A stretch of DNA of 64,000 nucleotides from Bradyrhizobium ivorense (GCA_943372745.1 CALRZV010000006.1:19985-83984), one strand, 5' to 3'. Shown: positions 19,519 through 30,887, counted from the first letter of the stretch. Notes: generated by a model not told the origin, from the sequence alone. Translations and numbers: made by a program.

Positions 19519-20586
19519 TCAGCTTTTCGCGGTCGGAGGTCCGGCAGGCGCTTTGGGCGCCGCTTTCTCATAGGCGGCGACGATGCGTCCCACCAGCTCA
19601 TGACGTACCACGTCTTCGCCCTTGAAATGCACCTGCGCGATCCCCTGCACGCCGTCGAGCAGCCGCACCGCCTCGGACAGGCCGGAGACCTGGCCGTTCG
19701 GCAGATCGATCTGCGACGGGTCGCCGGTGATGATCATGCGGCTGTTCTCGCCGAGACGGGTGAGAAACATCTTCATCTGCATCGAGGTGGTGTTCTGCGC
19801 CTCGTCGAGGATGATCGCGGCATTGGTCAGCGTGCGTCCGCGCATAAAAGCGAGCGGCGCGATCTCGATCTCGTTGGCGGCCAGCGCGCGTTCGACCACG
19901 CGGGCATCCATCAGATCATACAGCGCATCATAAATCGGGCGCAGATACGGATCGACCTTTTCCTTCAGGTCGCCGGGCAGAAATCCGAGTCGCTCGCCGG
20001 CTTCCACCGCCGGGCGCGACAGGATGATGCGATCGACTTCCTTGCGCTCGAACAGCATGCAGGCATGGGCGACGGCAAGCCAGGTCTTGCCGGTGCCGGC
20101 CGGGCCGACGCCGAACACCAGCTCATGGCTCTTCAGCGCGCGGATGTAGGAATCCTGCGCAGCGGTGCGGGCGCGCACCGGGCGCTTGCGCAGATTGATC
20201 GCCTCGAAATTCGAGGTCGGCTTGGACGGGTTCTTGGGATCGAACGGAAACAGCGAGCCCTGCGCCAGTGTCGCGCGGATCGCGCCTTCGACATCGCCTT
20301 GCGTCAGCTCGGTGCCTTGGGTGGCCTGGACATACAGCATTTCCAGCACCCGCCGTCCGGCGTCGCAGGCGTCGCGCGTGCCGGTGAGGGTGATGTGATT
20401 GCCGCGCGAATCGACGACGACATTGAGCCGCCGCTCGACCAGCGCGAGGTTCTGGCCATAGGGGCCGACCAATGCCGAGGCCGCGCGATTGTCATCAAAG
20501 TCGATGACGACCTGCGTCTCGGCAGCGGCGGTGAAGTCGGGTTTGCGAGCAGCGAGCGTAGACGAATCCGATGCACTCTTTGCCAA
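19519..20586 (-). CDS. phoH: PhoH-like ATPase (YbeZ type)
   Basis: TTG start after GGAG. GPAGTGKT, RPAVEAGERLGFLPG, FMRGRT, DEAQN, GDPSQIDL. Confidence 0.93.
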   Translation of the reverse strand: MAKSASDSSTLAARKPDFTAAAETQVVIDFDDNRAASALVGPYGQNLALVERRLNVVVDSRGNHITLTGTRDACDAGRRVLEMLYVQATQGTELTQGDVEGAIRATLAQGSLFPFDPKNPSKPTSNFEAINLRKRPVRARTAAQDSYIRALKSHELVFGVGPAGTGKTWLAVAHACMLFERKEVDRIILSRPAVEAGERLGFLPGDLKEKVDPYLRPIYDALYDLMDARVVERALAANEIEIAPLAFMRGRTLTNAAIILDEAQNTTSMQMKMFLTRLGENSRMIITGDPSQIDLPNGQVSGLSEAVRLLDGVQGIAQVHFKGEDVVRHELVGRIVAAYEKAAPKAPAGPPTAKS

Positions 20587-20590
20587 GAAT

Positions 20591-22018
20591 TCAGGCTCCC
20601 GTGGCGGTGAGGACTGGCTGCGATAAATCGGGCGATGAAGAGGGTGGGCGTGACGATGACGCAAACGAACGATGCGCGAGCGTGCCGATCAGGCTGTAAC
20701 GCTCGAGGCTTTCGAGATGCACCGGCAGCACCTGGCCGATGATATCGGCGGAGGCCATCACATGGGCCGGCTGCAGATAGGCGGTGCGGCCGACGATCTG
20801 ACCGGGATTGCGCGCCGCGCGTTCGAACAGCACATCGACCGTCTGGCCAACGGCAGCCTTGTTGAAGGCCGCCTGCTGGCTGTCGATCAGGGTCTGTAGG
20901 CGCGTCAGTCGCTCGTCCATGTCGGCCTGTGACACCGTCTCCTGCAACTCCGCAGCCGGGGTGCCCGGCCGCGGCGAATACTTGAACGAATACGCACCAG
21001 CGTAACCGATTTGTGTGACGAGCGCGAGTGTGTCGGCGAAATCCTGTTCCGTTTCGCCGGGGAAGCCGACAATGAAATCCGATGTGAAAGCAATGTCTTG
21101 CCGCGCCGAGCGGAAACGGTCGATGACCCGGCGATAATCCTCCGCCGTATGTTTTCTGTTCATGGCTGCGAGAATCCGGTCCGAACCGGACTGCACCGGC
21201 AGATGCACGAACGGCATCAACTGCGGCAAATCACGATGCGCCGCGATCAGCGTGTCCTCGACATCGCGCGGATGGCTGGTGGAATAGCGGATACGCGCGA
21301 TGCCGGGGATCTCGGCGAGGCGGAAAATCAGCGTGCCCAACGCCCACGGGCGACCGTCCGGCCCCTCGCCGTGATAGCCGTTGACGTTCTGGCCGATCAG
21401 CGTGATCTCGCGGACGCCGTTATCGGCCAGCCGCTCGGTATCGGCGACGATCTGGCTGACCGGGCGCGAGACCTCGGCGCCGCGCGTATAGGGCACCACG
21501 CAGAACGTGCAGAACTTGTCGCAGCCTTCCTGCACGGTCACGAAAGCCGACACGCCGCGGGCGCGAATCGCCGCCGGCTGCGGCGCAGGCAGGAAGCCGA
21601 ATTTGTCCGCGACCGGGAAATCCGTATCCAGCGCGCGCTGACCGGCTTTCGCCTTCGCCAGCAGTTGCGGCAGGTTGTGATAGCTCTGCGGCCCGACCAC
21701 GACATCGACCACCGGCGCGCGGCGAATGATCTCGTCGCCCTCCGCCTGCGCGACGCAGCCGGCCACCACGACATTCAACTGCTTGCCGTGCTGGGCCGCT
21801 TCCGCCTTGACGATGCGCAGCTTGCCGAGTTCCGAATAGACCTTCTCGGAGGCTTTCTCGCGGATATGACACGTGTTGAGGATCACCAGATCCGCGTCGT
21901 CGGCATTGGCCGTCTCGACGAATCCCTCAGGCGCCAGCGTGTCCACCATGCGCTGGGCATCGTAGACGTTCATCTGGCAGCCGAAGGATTTGATGTGCAG
22001 CTTGCGCGGCGCGGTCAT
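20591..22018 (-). CDS. miaB: tRNA-2-methylthio-N6-dimethylallyladenosine synthase
   Basis: SFGCQMN, NTCHIRE, radical [12 protein letters not shown]-terminal TRAM domain. Confidence 0.96.
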   Translation of the reverse strand: MTAPRKLHIKSFGCQMNVYDAQRMVDTLAPEGFVETANADDADLVILNTCHIREKASEKVYSELGKLRIVKAEAAQHGKQLNVVVAGCVAQAEGDEIIRRAPVVDVVVGPQSYHNLPQLLAKAKAGQRALDTDFPVADKFGFLPAPQPAAIRARGVSAFVTVQEGCDKFCTFCVVPYTRGAEVSRPVSQIVADTERLADNGVREITLIGQNVNGYHGEGPDGRPWALGTLIFRLAEIPGIARIRYSTSHPRDVEDTLIAAHRDLPQLMPFVHLPVQSGSDRILAAMNRKHTAEDYRRVIDRFRSARQDIAFTSDFIVGFPGETEQDFADTLALVTQIGYAGAYSFKYSPRPGTPAAELQETVSQADMDERLTRLQTLIDSQQAAFNKAAVGQTVDVLFERAARNPGQIVGRTAYLQPAHVMASADIIGQVLPVHLESLERYSLIGTLAHRSFASSSRPPSSSPDLSQPVLTATGA

Positions 22019-22125
22019 GAAACCTGACAGTTGAAAAAGCGCGTCTCGCGCATGACGTGGGGTTACAGGCCTGCAGTTATAGGCTTGCGCCCGAGAAATC
22101 CAGCGTCTGAAGCAAAATATAAGCG

Positions 22126-22824
22126 TTACAAAGGGTTAGCCGGATCAAAAGCCCGGGCGCCGGGCCGGCCGGCGGCGATCAGCGCCGGCAGCCGCTGCAT
22201 GTCGTCGAATACCAGATGGGCGCCGGTGGCCTGCAGCGCGGCTGCGGTGGCCGGGCCGCAATGAGCGCCGCCGTGGAAGCCGAACACGGTCATGCCCGCC
22301 GCCACTGCGCCGGTGACGCCGTGGATGCTGTCCTCGATCACTACGCAGCGGGCGGGATCGGCGCCCATCTGCGCCGCGGCAAACAGGAACAGATCGGGCG
22401 CCGGCTTGCCGCGTTCCACTTGCAGCCCAGAATACAGGTGCTCGCCGAAATGATGGATCAATCCGGTGGTGGCGAGGCTGGAGCGGATCCGCGTCGGCGT
22501 GCCCGATGACGCCACGCATTTTTTCGCGGCGAGCCCGGTCAGTACCTCGGCGACCCCCGCCACCGGTTGCAGTTGCGCGCCGAACACCCGATCGATGGTG
22601 GATTTCAGCTCGGCCGTATAGTCGTCCGGCAACACCCGGCCCATCTCGGCCTCGACCTCCGCCCGCGCCTCGCGCGCCGAGCGGCCGAGAAAGCGCTCAT
22701 GCACCTGCGCGGTGGTGATTGGATAGCCATAGGCCGTCAGCACCTCCGCATGCACCACGCAGGCCAGCGCCTCGCTGTCGACCAGCACGCCGTCGCAATC
22801 GAAGATGACGAGGTCGAAACTCAC
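22126..22824 (-). CDS. HAD-superfamily hydrolase (subfamily IA)
   Basis: [23 protein letters not shown] motifs. Confidence 0.92.
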   Translation of the reverse strand: MSFDLVIFDCDGVLVDSEALACVVHAEVLTAYGYPITTAQVHERFLGRSAREARAEVEAEMGRVLPDDYTAELKSTIDRVFGAQLQPVAGVAEVLTGLAAKKCVASSGTPTRIRSSLATTGLIHHFGEHLYSGLQVERGKPAPDLFLFAAAQMGADPARCVVIEDSIHGVTGAVAAGMTVFGFHGGAHCGPATAAALQATGAHLVFDDMQRLPALIAAGRPGARAFDPANPL

Positions 22825-23273
22825 TGCTCGGTCTTATCCTCGTCGAGCGGCACGCAATACAGTTCGAGCCGGTGATCGACCAGTTTGTAGCCGAGCTTGG
22901 CGGCGACCTCGGCTTGCAGTTTCTCGATCGCCTCGGAGGTGAATTCGATCACTGTGCCGTCGCGCAGGTTGATCAGGTGATCGTGATGCGCGTCGCTCAT
23001 GGTTTCGTAGCGCGCGCGGCCCTCGCGAAAATCGTGACGCTCGATGATGCCGGCATCTTCGAACAGCTTGACCGTGCGATACACCGTCGAGATCGAGATC
23101 TTGTCGTCGATGGCGACGCAGCGGCGATACAATTCCTCAACGTCGGGATGATCGTCGGCTTCCGCCAGCACGCGCGCGATCACGCGGCGCTGCTCGGTCA
23201 TGCGCATGCCGGTGGCGGCGCAGCGTGTCTCGATGCTGCTGACCTTGGAAGATGTCGTTTTCAATGCCGTCAT
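22821..23273 (-). CDS. fur: Fur-family regulator (Fur/Mur)
   Basis: MTEQRRVI, DHPDVEELY, STVYRTVKLF, HHDHLI. Confidence 0.93.
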   Translation of the reverse strand: MTALKTTSSKVSSIETRCAATGMRMTEQRRVIARVLAEADDHPDVEELYRRCVAIDDKISISTVYRTVKLFEDAGIIERHDFREGRARYETMSDAHHDHLINLRDGTVIEFTSEAIEKLQAEVAAKLGYKLVDHRLELYCVPLDEDKTEQ

Positions 23274-23314
23274 GGGTCTCGTCTCGCGTGGCTTCTTTTG
23301 CCACCGGGGCGCCG

Positions 23315-23803
23315 TCAGGACAAGTCGCGGCGCATGATCAGGGCATTCAATTCGGTGCCGTCGGCGTCCTTGTAATAGCGCGCACGCTGGCCGACCACGG
23401 CAAAGCCGGCGCGCTCATAGAGCCGCCGCGCCGGCATGTTGTTCTCCTCGACTTCGAGGAACACCGTGCGCACGCCTCGGCCGGCAAGATGGCCGAGATG
23501 GGTCTGAAATAAATCGCGCGACAGCCCGCGCCCGCGTTGCTCCGGCGCCACCGCGATGGACAGGATTTCGGCTTCGTCCGCTGCCAGCCGCGAGGCCGCG
23601 AAACCGATCAGCCGGCGGCCCTGGCACAGCCGGTGGATCAGCGTGTTGGGCTCGCGCAGCATCTGGTCGAATTCGCCGTCGCCCCAGCCGCGATGAAACG
23701 AGGCGGCATGCAGCCGCGCCAGTTGCGCCGAGTCCCGTGGCGAGGCGGGCTCGACCACCGCGGGTGGGCGGCGAAAGCGCTGCAACAGGCGATCGAGAAT
23801 CAT
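23315..23803 (-). CDS. rimI: RimI-like GNAT acetyltransferase
   Basis: EAEILSIAV, RGRG, FLEVEENN, LYERAGF, RARYY. Coupled to tsaB. Confidence 0.88.
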   Translation of the reverse strand: MILDRLLQRFRRPPAVVEPASPRDSAQLARLHAASFHRGWGDGEFDQMLREPNTLIHRLCQGRRLIGFAASRLAADEAEILSIAVAPEQRGRGLSRDLFQTHLGHLAGRGVRTVFLEVEENNMPARRLYERAGFAVVGQRARYYKDADGTELNALIMRRDLS

Positions 23804-24501
23804 GATGCCAGGGAGTTGTGGTCGAGCGCGCCCATCAGGCTGGATTGCGGCTTGGCATCGGGCGCGCGCAGATAGAACGGCCGGGCCAGCGCAGCCTGTG
23901 GATCGACGGCGGCACCGAGCCATGCCACCCAGGAAATCTCCGGCGCGGCCTGCTCGGTCACGGCGACGGGTGGCGGCGCATCGGCAGGCCACCGCGCGGC
24001 CAGTATGGTGGCGGCATTGCCGATCAGGTGCGGCGCGCCGAACCGGGCCGCTTCGAGCGCTTCGTCGATCGGGATGACGCAGGGGCGCTGCAGCGATGTG
24101 CCATTGCCGCTGACCGCCTGGAAATACACATGGTCGTGGCGCGCATCGATCACGGCAAGAACCGGCGTTTCCTCGTTGCGGCTGACCACGGGGGCGGCAT
24201 AGGCAGCGAGGGTGGTGACGCCGACCACCGGCTTGGCGGCGGCCAGGCCGATGCCGCGGCCGGCCGACAGACCGACGCGCAAGCCGGTGAAACTGCCGGG
24301 CCCCGTGGTGACGGCGACCCGATCAAGCTCCGCAAAGGCGATGCCCGACTGCTGCATCACGCGCGCCAGCAGCGGCATCAGCGCCTCGGCATGGCCGCGC
24401 TTCATCAGCAATGATTCATCGGCCAGCAATTGTCCGGTTCGGGTGTCAAGCACGCCAGCGGCGCAGGCATCGAGAGCGGTATCGATGGCAAGAATAAGCA
24501 T
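23800..24501 (-). CDS. tsaB: tRNA t6A biosynthesis protein TsaB
   Basis: MLILAIDTA, GHAEALMP, GPGSFTGLRVG, IDARH. Confidence 0.95.
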   Translation of the reverse strand: MLILAIDTALDACAAGVLDTRTGQLLADESLLMKRGHAEALMPLLARVMQQSGIAFAELDRVAVTTGPGSFTGLRVGLSAGRGIGLAAAKPVVGVTTLAAYAAPVVSRNEETPVLAVIDARHDHVYFQAVSGNGTSLQRPCVIPIDEALEAARFGAPHLIGNAATILAARWPADAPPPVAVTEQAAPEISWVAWLGAAVDPQAALARPFYLRAPDAKPQSSLMGALDHNSLAS

Positions 24502-24871
24502 GTCAGCAACGGGTCCATGCACCGGCAAGGCGCGCATTCATCGCTCGCACAAAACGCGCATACGGGCAATGGCGCCCGGTTCCCGATGCGTGCGCGTCAT
24601 CGGGCCAGGGGCCACCACGCGACTTCGTCATTTATCTTTGGAGCAAAGATAGCAAAGCCGCGGCCGCATCGGCACATCGCGCAAACCGCTCACGCGTTCG
24701 TGCGCCGGCAGCGCCCATTTTCGCAAAGTTGAAGCCCGGACTTAATTCATTTTTCGGACATCCGTGAGAGCATCATACCCATCGCGATCGCAGCTTGAGC
24801 GGGCTGTTCGCGACGGCGGTGCTCGAATACTGCCCCTCCCGTTAACTCAAAGCATTTTCAGAAAGTCATCG

Positions 24872-26551
24872 ATGTTGCAGTGGTTCAAGGCGAACGCAGC
24901 GCGTGATGCGCTCGCCAAGGCGACGGCGTTCAACAAGTCGCAGGCGCTGGTCGAATTCAATCTCGACGGGACGGTCGTCGCCGCCAACGAGAATTACCTG
25001 GCCATCATGGGCTATTCGCTCGCCGACATTCAAGGCAAGCACCACAGCATGTTCGTTGTACCGGAGATGCGCGACAGCGCGGCCTATCACGATTTCTGGT
25101 CGGTGCTGAATCGCGGCGTGCATCAATCCGGCGAATTCAAGCGGCTCGGCAACAATGGCCGTGAAGTCTGGATCCAGGGTTCCTACACACCGGTCCTGGA
25201 CGATGCCGGCAAGCCGGTCCGGATCGTCGAGTGCTGCAGCGACATCACCGCGCAGAAAATGCGCGGGCTCGAGAACAGCGGCAAGGTCGCGGCGATCGAG
25301 CGCTCGCAGGCGATGATCGAGTTCGGTCTGGATGGCACCATCCTGTCGGCGAACCAGATCTTCCTTGATGCCATGGGCTATGCGATGGACGAGATTCGCG
25401 GCAAGCATCACAGCATCTTTGTGCTGCCGGCTGATCGCGACAGCGCGGCTTACCGCGCATTGTGGGCCGCGCTCAATCGCGGTGAGTCCCAGGCTGCCGA
25501 ATACAAGCGGATCGGCAAAAGCGGCGCCGAAGTGTGGATCCTGGCAACCTATAATCCCATCCTGGACGAGAGCGGCAAACCCATCAAGGTCATCAAATTC
25601 GCCACCGACGTCACCGAGCAGAAACTGCGCGCGGCGAATTTCTCCGGCCAGATCGAGGCAATCGGAAAATCGCAAGCGGTGATCGAGTTCAATCTCGACG
25701 GCATCGTGCTCAATGCCAATGAGAATTTCCTGTCGGTGCTGGGTTATGCGCTGTCCGAGATCCAGGGCAAGCATCACAGCATGTTCGTGCCCGTCGAGGA
25801 GCGTGGCGGCGCCGCCTATCGCGGGTTCTGGGAAAGCCTGCGACGTGGCGATTATCAATCCGCCGAATATCAGCGCATCGGCAAGAACGGCAGGCAGGTC
25901 TGGATTCAGGCGTCTTACAATCCGATCATGGATCTCAACGGGCAGCCCTACAAGGTTGTGAAATATGCGTCCGACGTCACCGCGCAGGTGATCGCACGAA
26001 TGAAAAGCGAGCGCGTGCGCGGCATGATGGAATCGGTCGCTGCCGGCGCCGAGGAACTCAGCGCATCGGTACGCGAGATTTCAGACACCATGGTGAAGTC
26101 GCGCGACACTGCGATGTCCGCGGTCGGTAAGGTCGAACTGGCCGATGGTCAGGCGCAGCGGCTCACCTCGGCGGCGCAGGCAATGAGCGGCATCGTCGAA
26201 TTGATCGGGCACATCACCGGCCAGATCAATCTGCTCGCGCTCAATGCGACGATCGAATCTGCGCGCGCCGGCGAGGCCGGTCGCGGCTTTGCGGTGGTCG
26301 CGTCGGAAGTGAAGAACCTCGCGACTCAGGCCAAGCAGGCAACCGACCGGATTTCGAGCGAGATCAGCAGCCTCAACGGTATTTCCGGTGACGTCGTCGA
26401 TGCGCTGAACGCGATTAAAACCGAGATCCAGAGCGTCAGCGAATATGTCAACGCGACCGCAGCCGCAGTCGAACAGCAAAGCGTGGTGACGAGCGAAATG
26501 TCGAACAGCATGCTGCGCGCGGCGGAAGAAGCCGCCAGTATCGGCCACTGA
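24872..26551 (+). CDS. Soluble chemoreceptor with three PAS domains and a short MCP signalling domain
   Basis: Three repeats of SQAxxEFxLDG...KHHS(M/I)F...W...[37 protein letters not shown]. No TM segment. Confidence 0.92.
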   Translation: MLQWFKANAARDALAKATAFNKSQALVEFNLDGTVVAANENYLAIMGYSLADIQGKHHSMFVVPEMRDSAAYHDFWSVLNRGVHQSGEFKRLGNNGREVWIQGSYTPVLDDAGKPVRIVECCSDITAQKMRGLENSGKVAAIERSQAMIEFGLDGTILSANQIFLDAMGYAMDEIRGKHHSIFVLPADRDSAAYRALWAALNRGESQAAEYKRIGKSGAEVWILATYNPILDESGKPIKVIKFATDVTEQKLRAANFSGQIEAIGKSQAVIEFNLDGIVLNANENFLSVLGYALSEIQGKHHSMFVPVEERGGAAYRGFWESLRRGDYQSAEYQRIGKNGRQVWIQASYNPIMDLNGQPYKVVKYASDVTAQVIARMKSERVRGMMESVAAGAEELSASVREISDTMVKSRDTAMSAVGKVELADGQAQRLTSAAQAMSGIVELIGHITGQINLLALNATIESARAGEAGRGFAVVASEVKNLATQAKQATDRISSEISSLNGISGDVVDALNAIKTEIQSVSEYVNATAAAVEQQSVVTSEMSNSMLRAAEEAASIGH

Positions 26552-26560
26552 TGCCCTGAA

Positions 26561-26584
26561 CTTCTCCCCGCGAGCGGGGAGAAG
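26561..26584. repeat. Single family A hairpin, probably a bidirectional terminator
   Basis: CTTCTCCCCGC-GA-GCGGGGAGAAG between convergent genes. Confidence 0.7.
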
Positions 26585-26589
26585 CAAAA

Positions 26590-27156
26590 CTACATTGGGC
26601 GGACTTCCTGCACTTCCGGCACGAAATGCTTGAGCAGGTTCTGGATGCCGTGCTGCAGCGTCGCCGTTGAGGACGGGCAGCCGGCGCACGAGCCCTTCAT
26701 GGCCAGATAGACGATACCGTCCTTGAAGCCGCGGAAGGTGATGTCGCCGCCGTCATTGGCGACGGCCGGGCGTACGCGCGTCTCGATCAGATCCTTGATC
26801 GTGTCCACGGTCTCGGCATCGTTCTCGTCGAAGAACTCGTCGTCCTCGGAGATGTCGCCTTCCGGCGCACTGCCGTCGGCGAGCAACGGCGCACCGGACA
26901 TGTAGTGTTCCATGATGGCGCCGAGGATCGCCGGCTTGAGGTGCTGCCAGTCGCTGTCGTCCTTGGTGACGGTGACGAAATCAGCACCGTAAAACACGCC
27001 GGTGACACCTTTGACGGCGAACAGTTTCTCCGCCAGCGGCGACCGCGTGGCAGCGTCCGGTGTGGTGAATTCCATGGTGCCGCTGGTGAGTACGTCCCGG
27101 CCCGGAATGAACTTCAGCGTGGCGGGATTCGGGGTGGCTTCGGTCTGGATGAACAT
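26590..27156 (-). CDS. nfuA: NifU/NfuA-family Fe-S carrier
   Basis: MFIQTEATPNPATLKF, RVRPAVANDGGDI, GSCAGCPSS. Confidence 0.93.
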   Translation of the reverse strand: MFIQTEATPNPATLKFIPGRDVLTSGTMEFTTPDAATRSPLAEKLFAVKGVTGVFYGADFVTVTKDDSDWQHLKPAILGAIMEHYMSGAPLLADGSAPEGDISEDDEFFDENDAETVDTIKDLIETRVRPAVANDGGDITFRGFKDGIVYLAMKGSCAGCPSSTATLQHGIQNLLKHFVPEVQEVRPM

Positions 27157-27245
27157 CGGTCTCTCCTGCGTCGCCGGTTCAAGGCCGGCGCGTGGGTGTT
27201 AGGTAGCAGATGGCGATGGAAAACGCACGAATCAAGGCTTGCTTA

Positions 27246-27463
27246 CCTCTCTCCGCATCTTGCGCGGGGAGAGGTCGCCGCGTCTTCGCGGTGGGTGAGG
27301 GGCAGGGCACGTTAGAAAGCCGGAATACCGATGTCCGGAGCGGAAAGTGTCGTGTGGCGTGAGGATTTGGGTGCGGCAGGCATTGTGCTCCGCCCCTCAT
27401 CCGACCCGGCGCCGCTGCGCTATGCCGGGCCACCTTCTCCCCGCGCAAGATGCGGGGAGAAGG
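27246..27463. repeat. Family A composite element (218 bp)
   Basis: Terminal hairpins plus GGTGAGGGG/CCCCTCATCC. Right half is nearly identical to the 41190 copy. Confidence 0.85.
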
Positions 27464-27469
27464 AAAAAG

Positions 27470-27964
27470 CTACGACAAACTGTCGATATCGAGATCGCTC
27501 AGGCTGCCCGGCACCACCACAACCGGGACGGGGAAGGTGCCGACCATTTTCGCAATCATGGTGACGATCGGGCCCGGGCCTTCAGGGCCGGCCGAGGCGG
27601 CCAGCACCAGCATGGAGACATCGACATCCTTGTCGATGACGTCGAGGATCTGCTCGGTCGGATCGCCCTCGCGGATGACACGCTCTGGCGTAATGGCGGC
27701 CAATCCGTTGGCACGGCCGGAGGCGCGGTCGAGCGCGGCGTTGGCGCCTTCCTCGGCTTCCGCGCGCATCACTTCCGCCACGCCGAGCCATTGCTGATTG
27801 CGATCGTCGGTTTCGATGACGCGCAGCATGACCACGCCGCCGCCGACGCGGACGGCCCAACGCGAGGCGTAATACACCGCGCGATCCCATTCCTCGCTGT
27901 CATCGACGACCACCAGGCATTTCGGCTTGTGGCCGCTTTCATAACTACGTCGTTGCGTGCTCAT
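27470..27964 (-). CDS. Universal stress protein
   Basis: CLVVVDDS, VIREGD, LVLAA, PVPVVVVP. Conserved position next to trpS. Confidence 0.88.
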   Translation of the reverse strand: MSTQRRSYESGHKPKCLVVVDDSEEWDRAVYYASRWAVRVGGGVVMLRVIETDDRNQQWLGVAEVMRAEAEEGANAALDRASGRANGLAAITPERVIREGDPTEQILDVIDKDVDVSMLVLAASAGPEGPGPIVTMIAKMVGTFPVPVVVVPGSLSDLDIDSLS

Positions 27965-27979
27965 GCATGTCCCGATGCT

Positions 27980-28030
27980 AGAGCATGATCCCGAAAAGTG
28001 GAGACCGCTTTTCGGATCAGATCATGCTCT
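27980..28030. repeat. Family D miniature inverted-repeat element (51 bp)
   Basis: AGAGCATGATC-CCGAAAAG...CTTTTCGG-ATCA-GATCATGCTCT. Confidence 0.7.
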
Positions 28031-28148
28031 GACAAATAATAAACGCTCTTCACGTCATGCTGCCACGGCGCATGCGCATTCGACAAGCGCGACGCAGATC
28101 TGAACCTGCGTCGCGCCGATTGTGGCGAAGACATGGAAGAACTTTGGA

Positions 28149-29258
28149 TTACCGTTTGCGTACAAACCCCATGATGTCCTTCACCGACGTCATGGTTTGA
28201 TCAGCAATGGCGCGCGCGCGGTCGCTGCCGTCGGCGAGCACAGCGTCGACATAGGCATGGTCCGCCGACAGCCGCTTCATCTCGCCCGCGATCGGCGACA
28301 GTTTTTCGACCGCGAGATCGACGAGATTCGCTTTGAAGCCGGAAAACTGTGCGCCGCCGAATTCGCCGAGAATGTCGGCCTTCGAGCGGTTCGACAGTGC
28401 CGCATAGATGCCGACCAGGTTGTCGGCCTCCGGCCGTGGCGCCAGGCCCGGCTCTTCGCTCGGCAACGGTTCGGGGTCGGTCTTCGCCTTGCGGATCTTC
28501 TGCGCAATAGCGTCAGCATCGTCGGTGAGATTGATGCGCGAGTAATCCGACGGATCGGATTTCGACATCTTCTTGGTGCCGTCGCGCAGGCTCATCACCC
28601 GCGTCGCCGGGCCGGTGATGACCGGTTCGGGCTGCGGGAAATACGGGCCGCCATGGCCCTGCGCGGCGATCGATTCGGAGAAGTCGTTGTTGAACTTCTG
28701 CGCAATGTCGCGGCAGAGTTCGAGATGCTGCTTCTGGTCCTCGCCGACCGGCACATGGGTGGCGCGATACAGCAGGATGTCGGCTGCCATCAGCACCGGA
28801 TAATCATACAGGCCGATCGACGCGTTCTCGCGATCCTTGCCGGCCTTCTCCTTGAACTGGGTCATGCGATTCAGCCAGCCGAGGCGGGCGACGCAATTGA
28901 AGATCCAGGCGAGTTCGGCATGGCCGGCGACCTGGCTCTGGTTGAAGATGATCTGCTTGGTGGGGTCGATGCCGGAGGCAATGAAGGCGGCGGTGACTTC
29001 ACGGGTGCAGCGACGCAACTCGTCCGGACCGCCCCAGACGCTGGGCGCCACGGTGATCGCGTGCATATCGACCACGCAATACAGGCAGCTATATTGCTCC
29101 TGCAGTTTGACGAAGTTGACGATGGCGCCGAGATAGTTGCCGAGATGCAGGTTGCCGGTCGGCTGAACGCCGGAAAACACACGCTGCGTGAATGCCTGCT
29201 GGTTGGCTGCCTGTGGAGCAGATGCCTGTGAAGCAGATGCCTGTGAAGCAAGGGACAT
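28149..29258 (-). CDS. trpS: Tryptophanyl-tRNA synthetase
   Basis: [39 protein letters not shown]. Confidence 0.97.
   Translation of the reverse strand: MSLASQASASQASAPQAANQQAFTQRVFSGVQPTGNLHLGNYLGAIVNFVKLQEQYSCLYCVVDMHAITVAPSVWGGPDELRRCTREVTAAFIASGIDPTKQIIFNQSQVAGHAELAWIFNCVARLGWLNRMTQFKEKAGKDRENASIGLYDYPVLMAADILLYRATHVPVGEDQKQHLELCRDIAQKFNNDFSESIAAQGHGGPYFPQPEPVITGPATRVMSLRDGTKKMSKSDPSDYSRINLTDDADAIAQKIRKAKTDPEPLPSEEPGLAPRPEADNLVGIYAALSNRSKADILGEFGGAQFSGFKANLVDLAVEKLSPIAGEMKRLSADHAYVDAVLADGSDRARAIADQTMTSVKDIMGFVRKR
29209..29250. repeat. 15-bp tandem repeat (about 2.8 copies) at the trpS 5' end
   Basis: GCCTGTG(G/A)AGCAGAT units, encoding [15 protein letters not shown]. Confidence 0.85.
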
Positions 29259-29348
29259 GGCCTGGTTCCTTCTGCGCCCGCGGGTGGAATGCGGGGCCGG
29301 CGCGTCCTTGCCATAGGCATTGCGCTGCGTCCATGACCAATCGTGCGA

Positions 29349-30887
29349 TCAGCCGGCGGGTGTTTTCAGCGCCGAGCGGATATCGCGCCAGCGCAGCGCG
29401 CCGGAGAGCATCAGCGGCACAATATAGATCGCCAGCCCGCACAGTATCTGCAGCGCCAGCCATGCCGCCTGCGCCAGCCTGTGGTCGGCGCTCGGCATCG
29501 ATCGTGTCAGCGCCCACAGCGCGGCGCCCATCGTCAGCGCCGCCAGCACGATGACGGGCAATCTGCGTCGCGCCTCCGCATCGATCGCCCAACCGAACGA
29601 CACACCGCCCTGAATGATCAGCAACAACGCGTTGCTCCACGCCGCCAGCGCAATCGCAGCCGCAATGCCGCTGGCGCCGTACTGCGCGCCCAAGCCATAA
29701 GCGGCAACGATCGCGACGATCAGCCCGACCAGCGTGGCAATCAGCGGCGTACGCGTATTCTCGCGTGCGAAGAAAGCCGGCGACAACGTCTTGATCAGCA
29801 CATGCGCGGGCAGCCCGAGCGCGAGCCAGATCATCGCCTGCGCCGTTGCCAGCGTATCGGCCGCAGTGAAGGCGCCGTGTTCGAACAGCAGCCGGACGAT
29901 CGGCTGGCTGAGCACCATCAATCCCAATGTCGCTGGCAATGTCAGCCCGATCGCCAGTTCGAGCCCGCGCGATTGTGCATGCAGCATCAGCGCGTGATCG
30001 TCGTCGCGCGCCGCCCGCGTCAGTTCCGGGATCAGCACGCTGCCCATGGCGGTGCCGACGATCCCGAGCGGCAACTCGATCAGGCGATTGGCGAAGTACA
30101 GCCATGACACCGCCGACGGCATCGACGAGGCGACGACGGCAGCGCCGACGATGAGGAGCTGAGGACCGGAGCTGGCGACCATGCCGGGCAGTGCGTTGTG
30201 CAAAAAGCCGCGCATCTGGCGGTCGAAAGCCAGTCGCAGGGGGGCCGCATGTCTGCCGCCCGGTTGCCGCAGCATAAGCATCGCCAACTGCAGAAAACCC
30301 GCCAATCCGACGGTCGCCGCCATCACCATGGCAGCCGTCGCCGCCGACCGCGGAAACATCAGCAACAGCGCCATCACGCCGAGCAGCGCGGCGTTGAAGA
30401 GGAGGGGGGAAAATGCAGTCAATGCAAAGCGTTGCTGCGCGTTATAGAGCCCCATCAGCACCGTCACCGGCCCGGCGAAAGCCAGATAGGGCAGCATCAA
30501 TCGCGCATTGTCCGTCGCGATTTGCAGGGTCGGCTGGCCCACGAATCCAGGCGCGACGGCAGCGATCACCATGGGCATCGCCAGGCCGATCAGCAGTGCC
30601 GCAACGAGCACGGCCGCACTGATCGTGGCGAGCACGCGTCCGGCAAAAGCCGCAGCAGCGTCAGACCCTTGCGTCGCATGAATGCGCGACCACGCTGGAA
30701 TCAGCGCTGCATTGAGCGCGCCCTCGGTGAGCAGCCGCCGGATCACATTGATGAGCTGGAACGCCACCAGAAACGCATCCGCAACAGCCCCCGCTCCCAA
30801 CAGTGTCGCCACCATCGCATCGCGTGCGAAGCCGAGCAGACGCGATGCCAGGGTACCGGTGGAAACCATCAGGATGGGGCGGATCAT
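29349..30887 (-). CDS. murJ: Lipid II flippase MurJ
   Basis: SRLLGFARD, RRLLTEGAL, ANRLIELPLG, PAFFARE. Confidence 0.93.
   Translation of the reverse strand: MIRPILMVSTGTLASRLLGFARDAMVATLLGAGAVADAFLVAFQLINVIRRLLTEGALNAALIPAWSRIHATQGSDAAAAFAGRVLATISAAVLVAALLIGLAMPMVIAAVAPGFVGQPTLQIATDNARLMLPYLAFAGPVTVLMGLYNAQQRFALTAFSPLLFNAALLGVMALLLMFPRSAATAAMVMAATVGLAGFLQLAMLMLRQPGGRHAAPLRLAFDRQMRGFLHNALPGMVASSGPQLLIVGAAVVASSMPSAVSWLYFANRLIELPLGIVGTAMGSVLIPELTRAARDDDHALMLHAQSRGLELAIGLTLPATLGLMVLSQPIVRLLFEHGAFTAADTLATAQAMIWLALGLPAHVLIKTLSPAFFARENTRTPLIATLVGLIVAIVAAYGLGAQYGASGIAAAIALAAWSNALLLIIQGGVSFGWAIDAEARRRLPVIVLAALTMGAALWALTRSMPSADHRLAQAAWLALQILCGLAIYIVPLMLSGALRWRDIRSALKTPAG

Noticed and set aside
24741-24850. 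TTAA/TTAAC half-sites upstream of the PAS chemoreceptor (possible CtrA sites)
   Set aside because: No TTAA-N7-TTAA pair; half-sites alone are too common.
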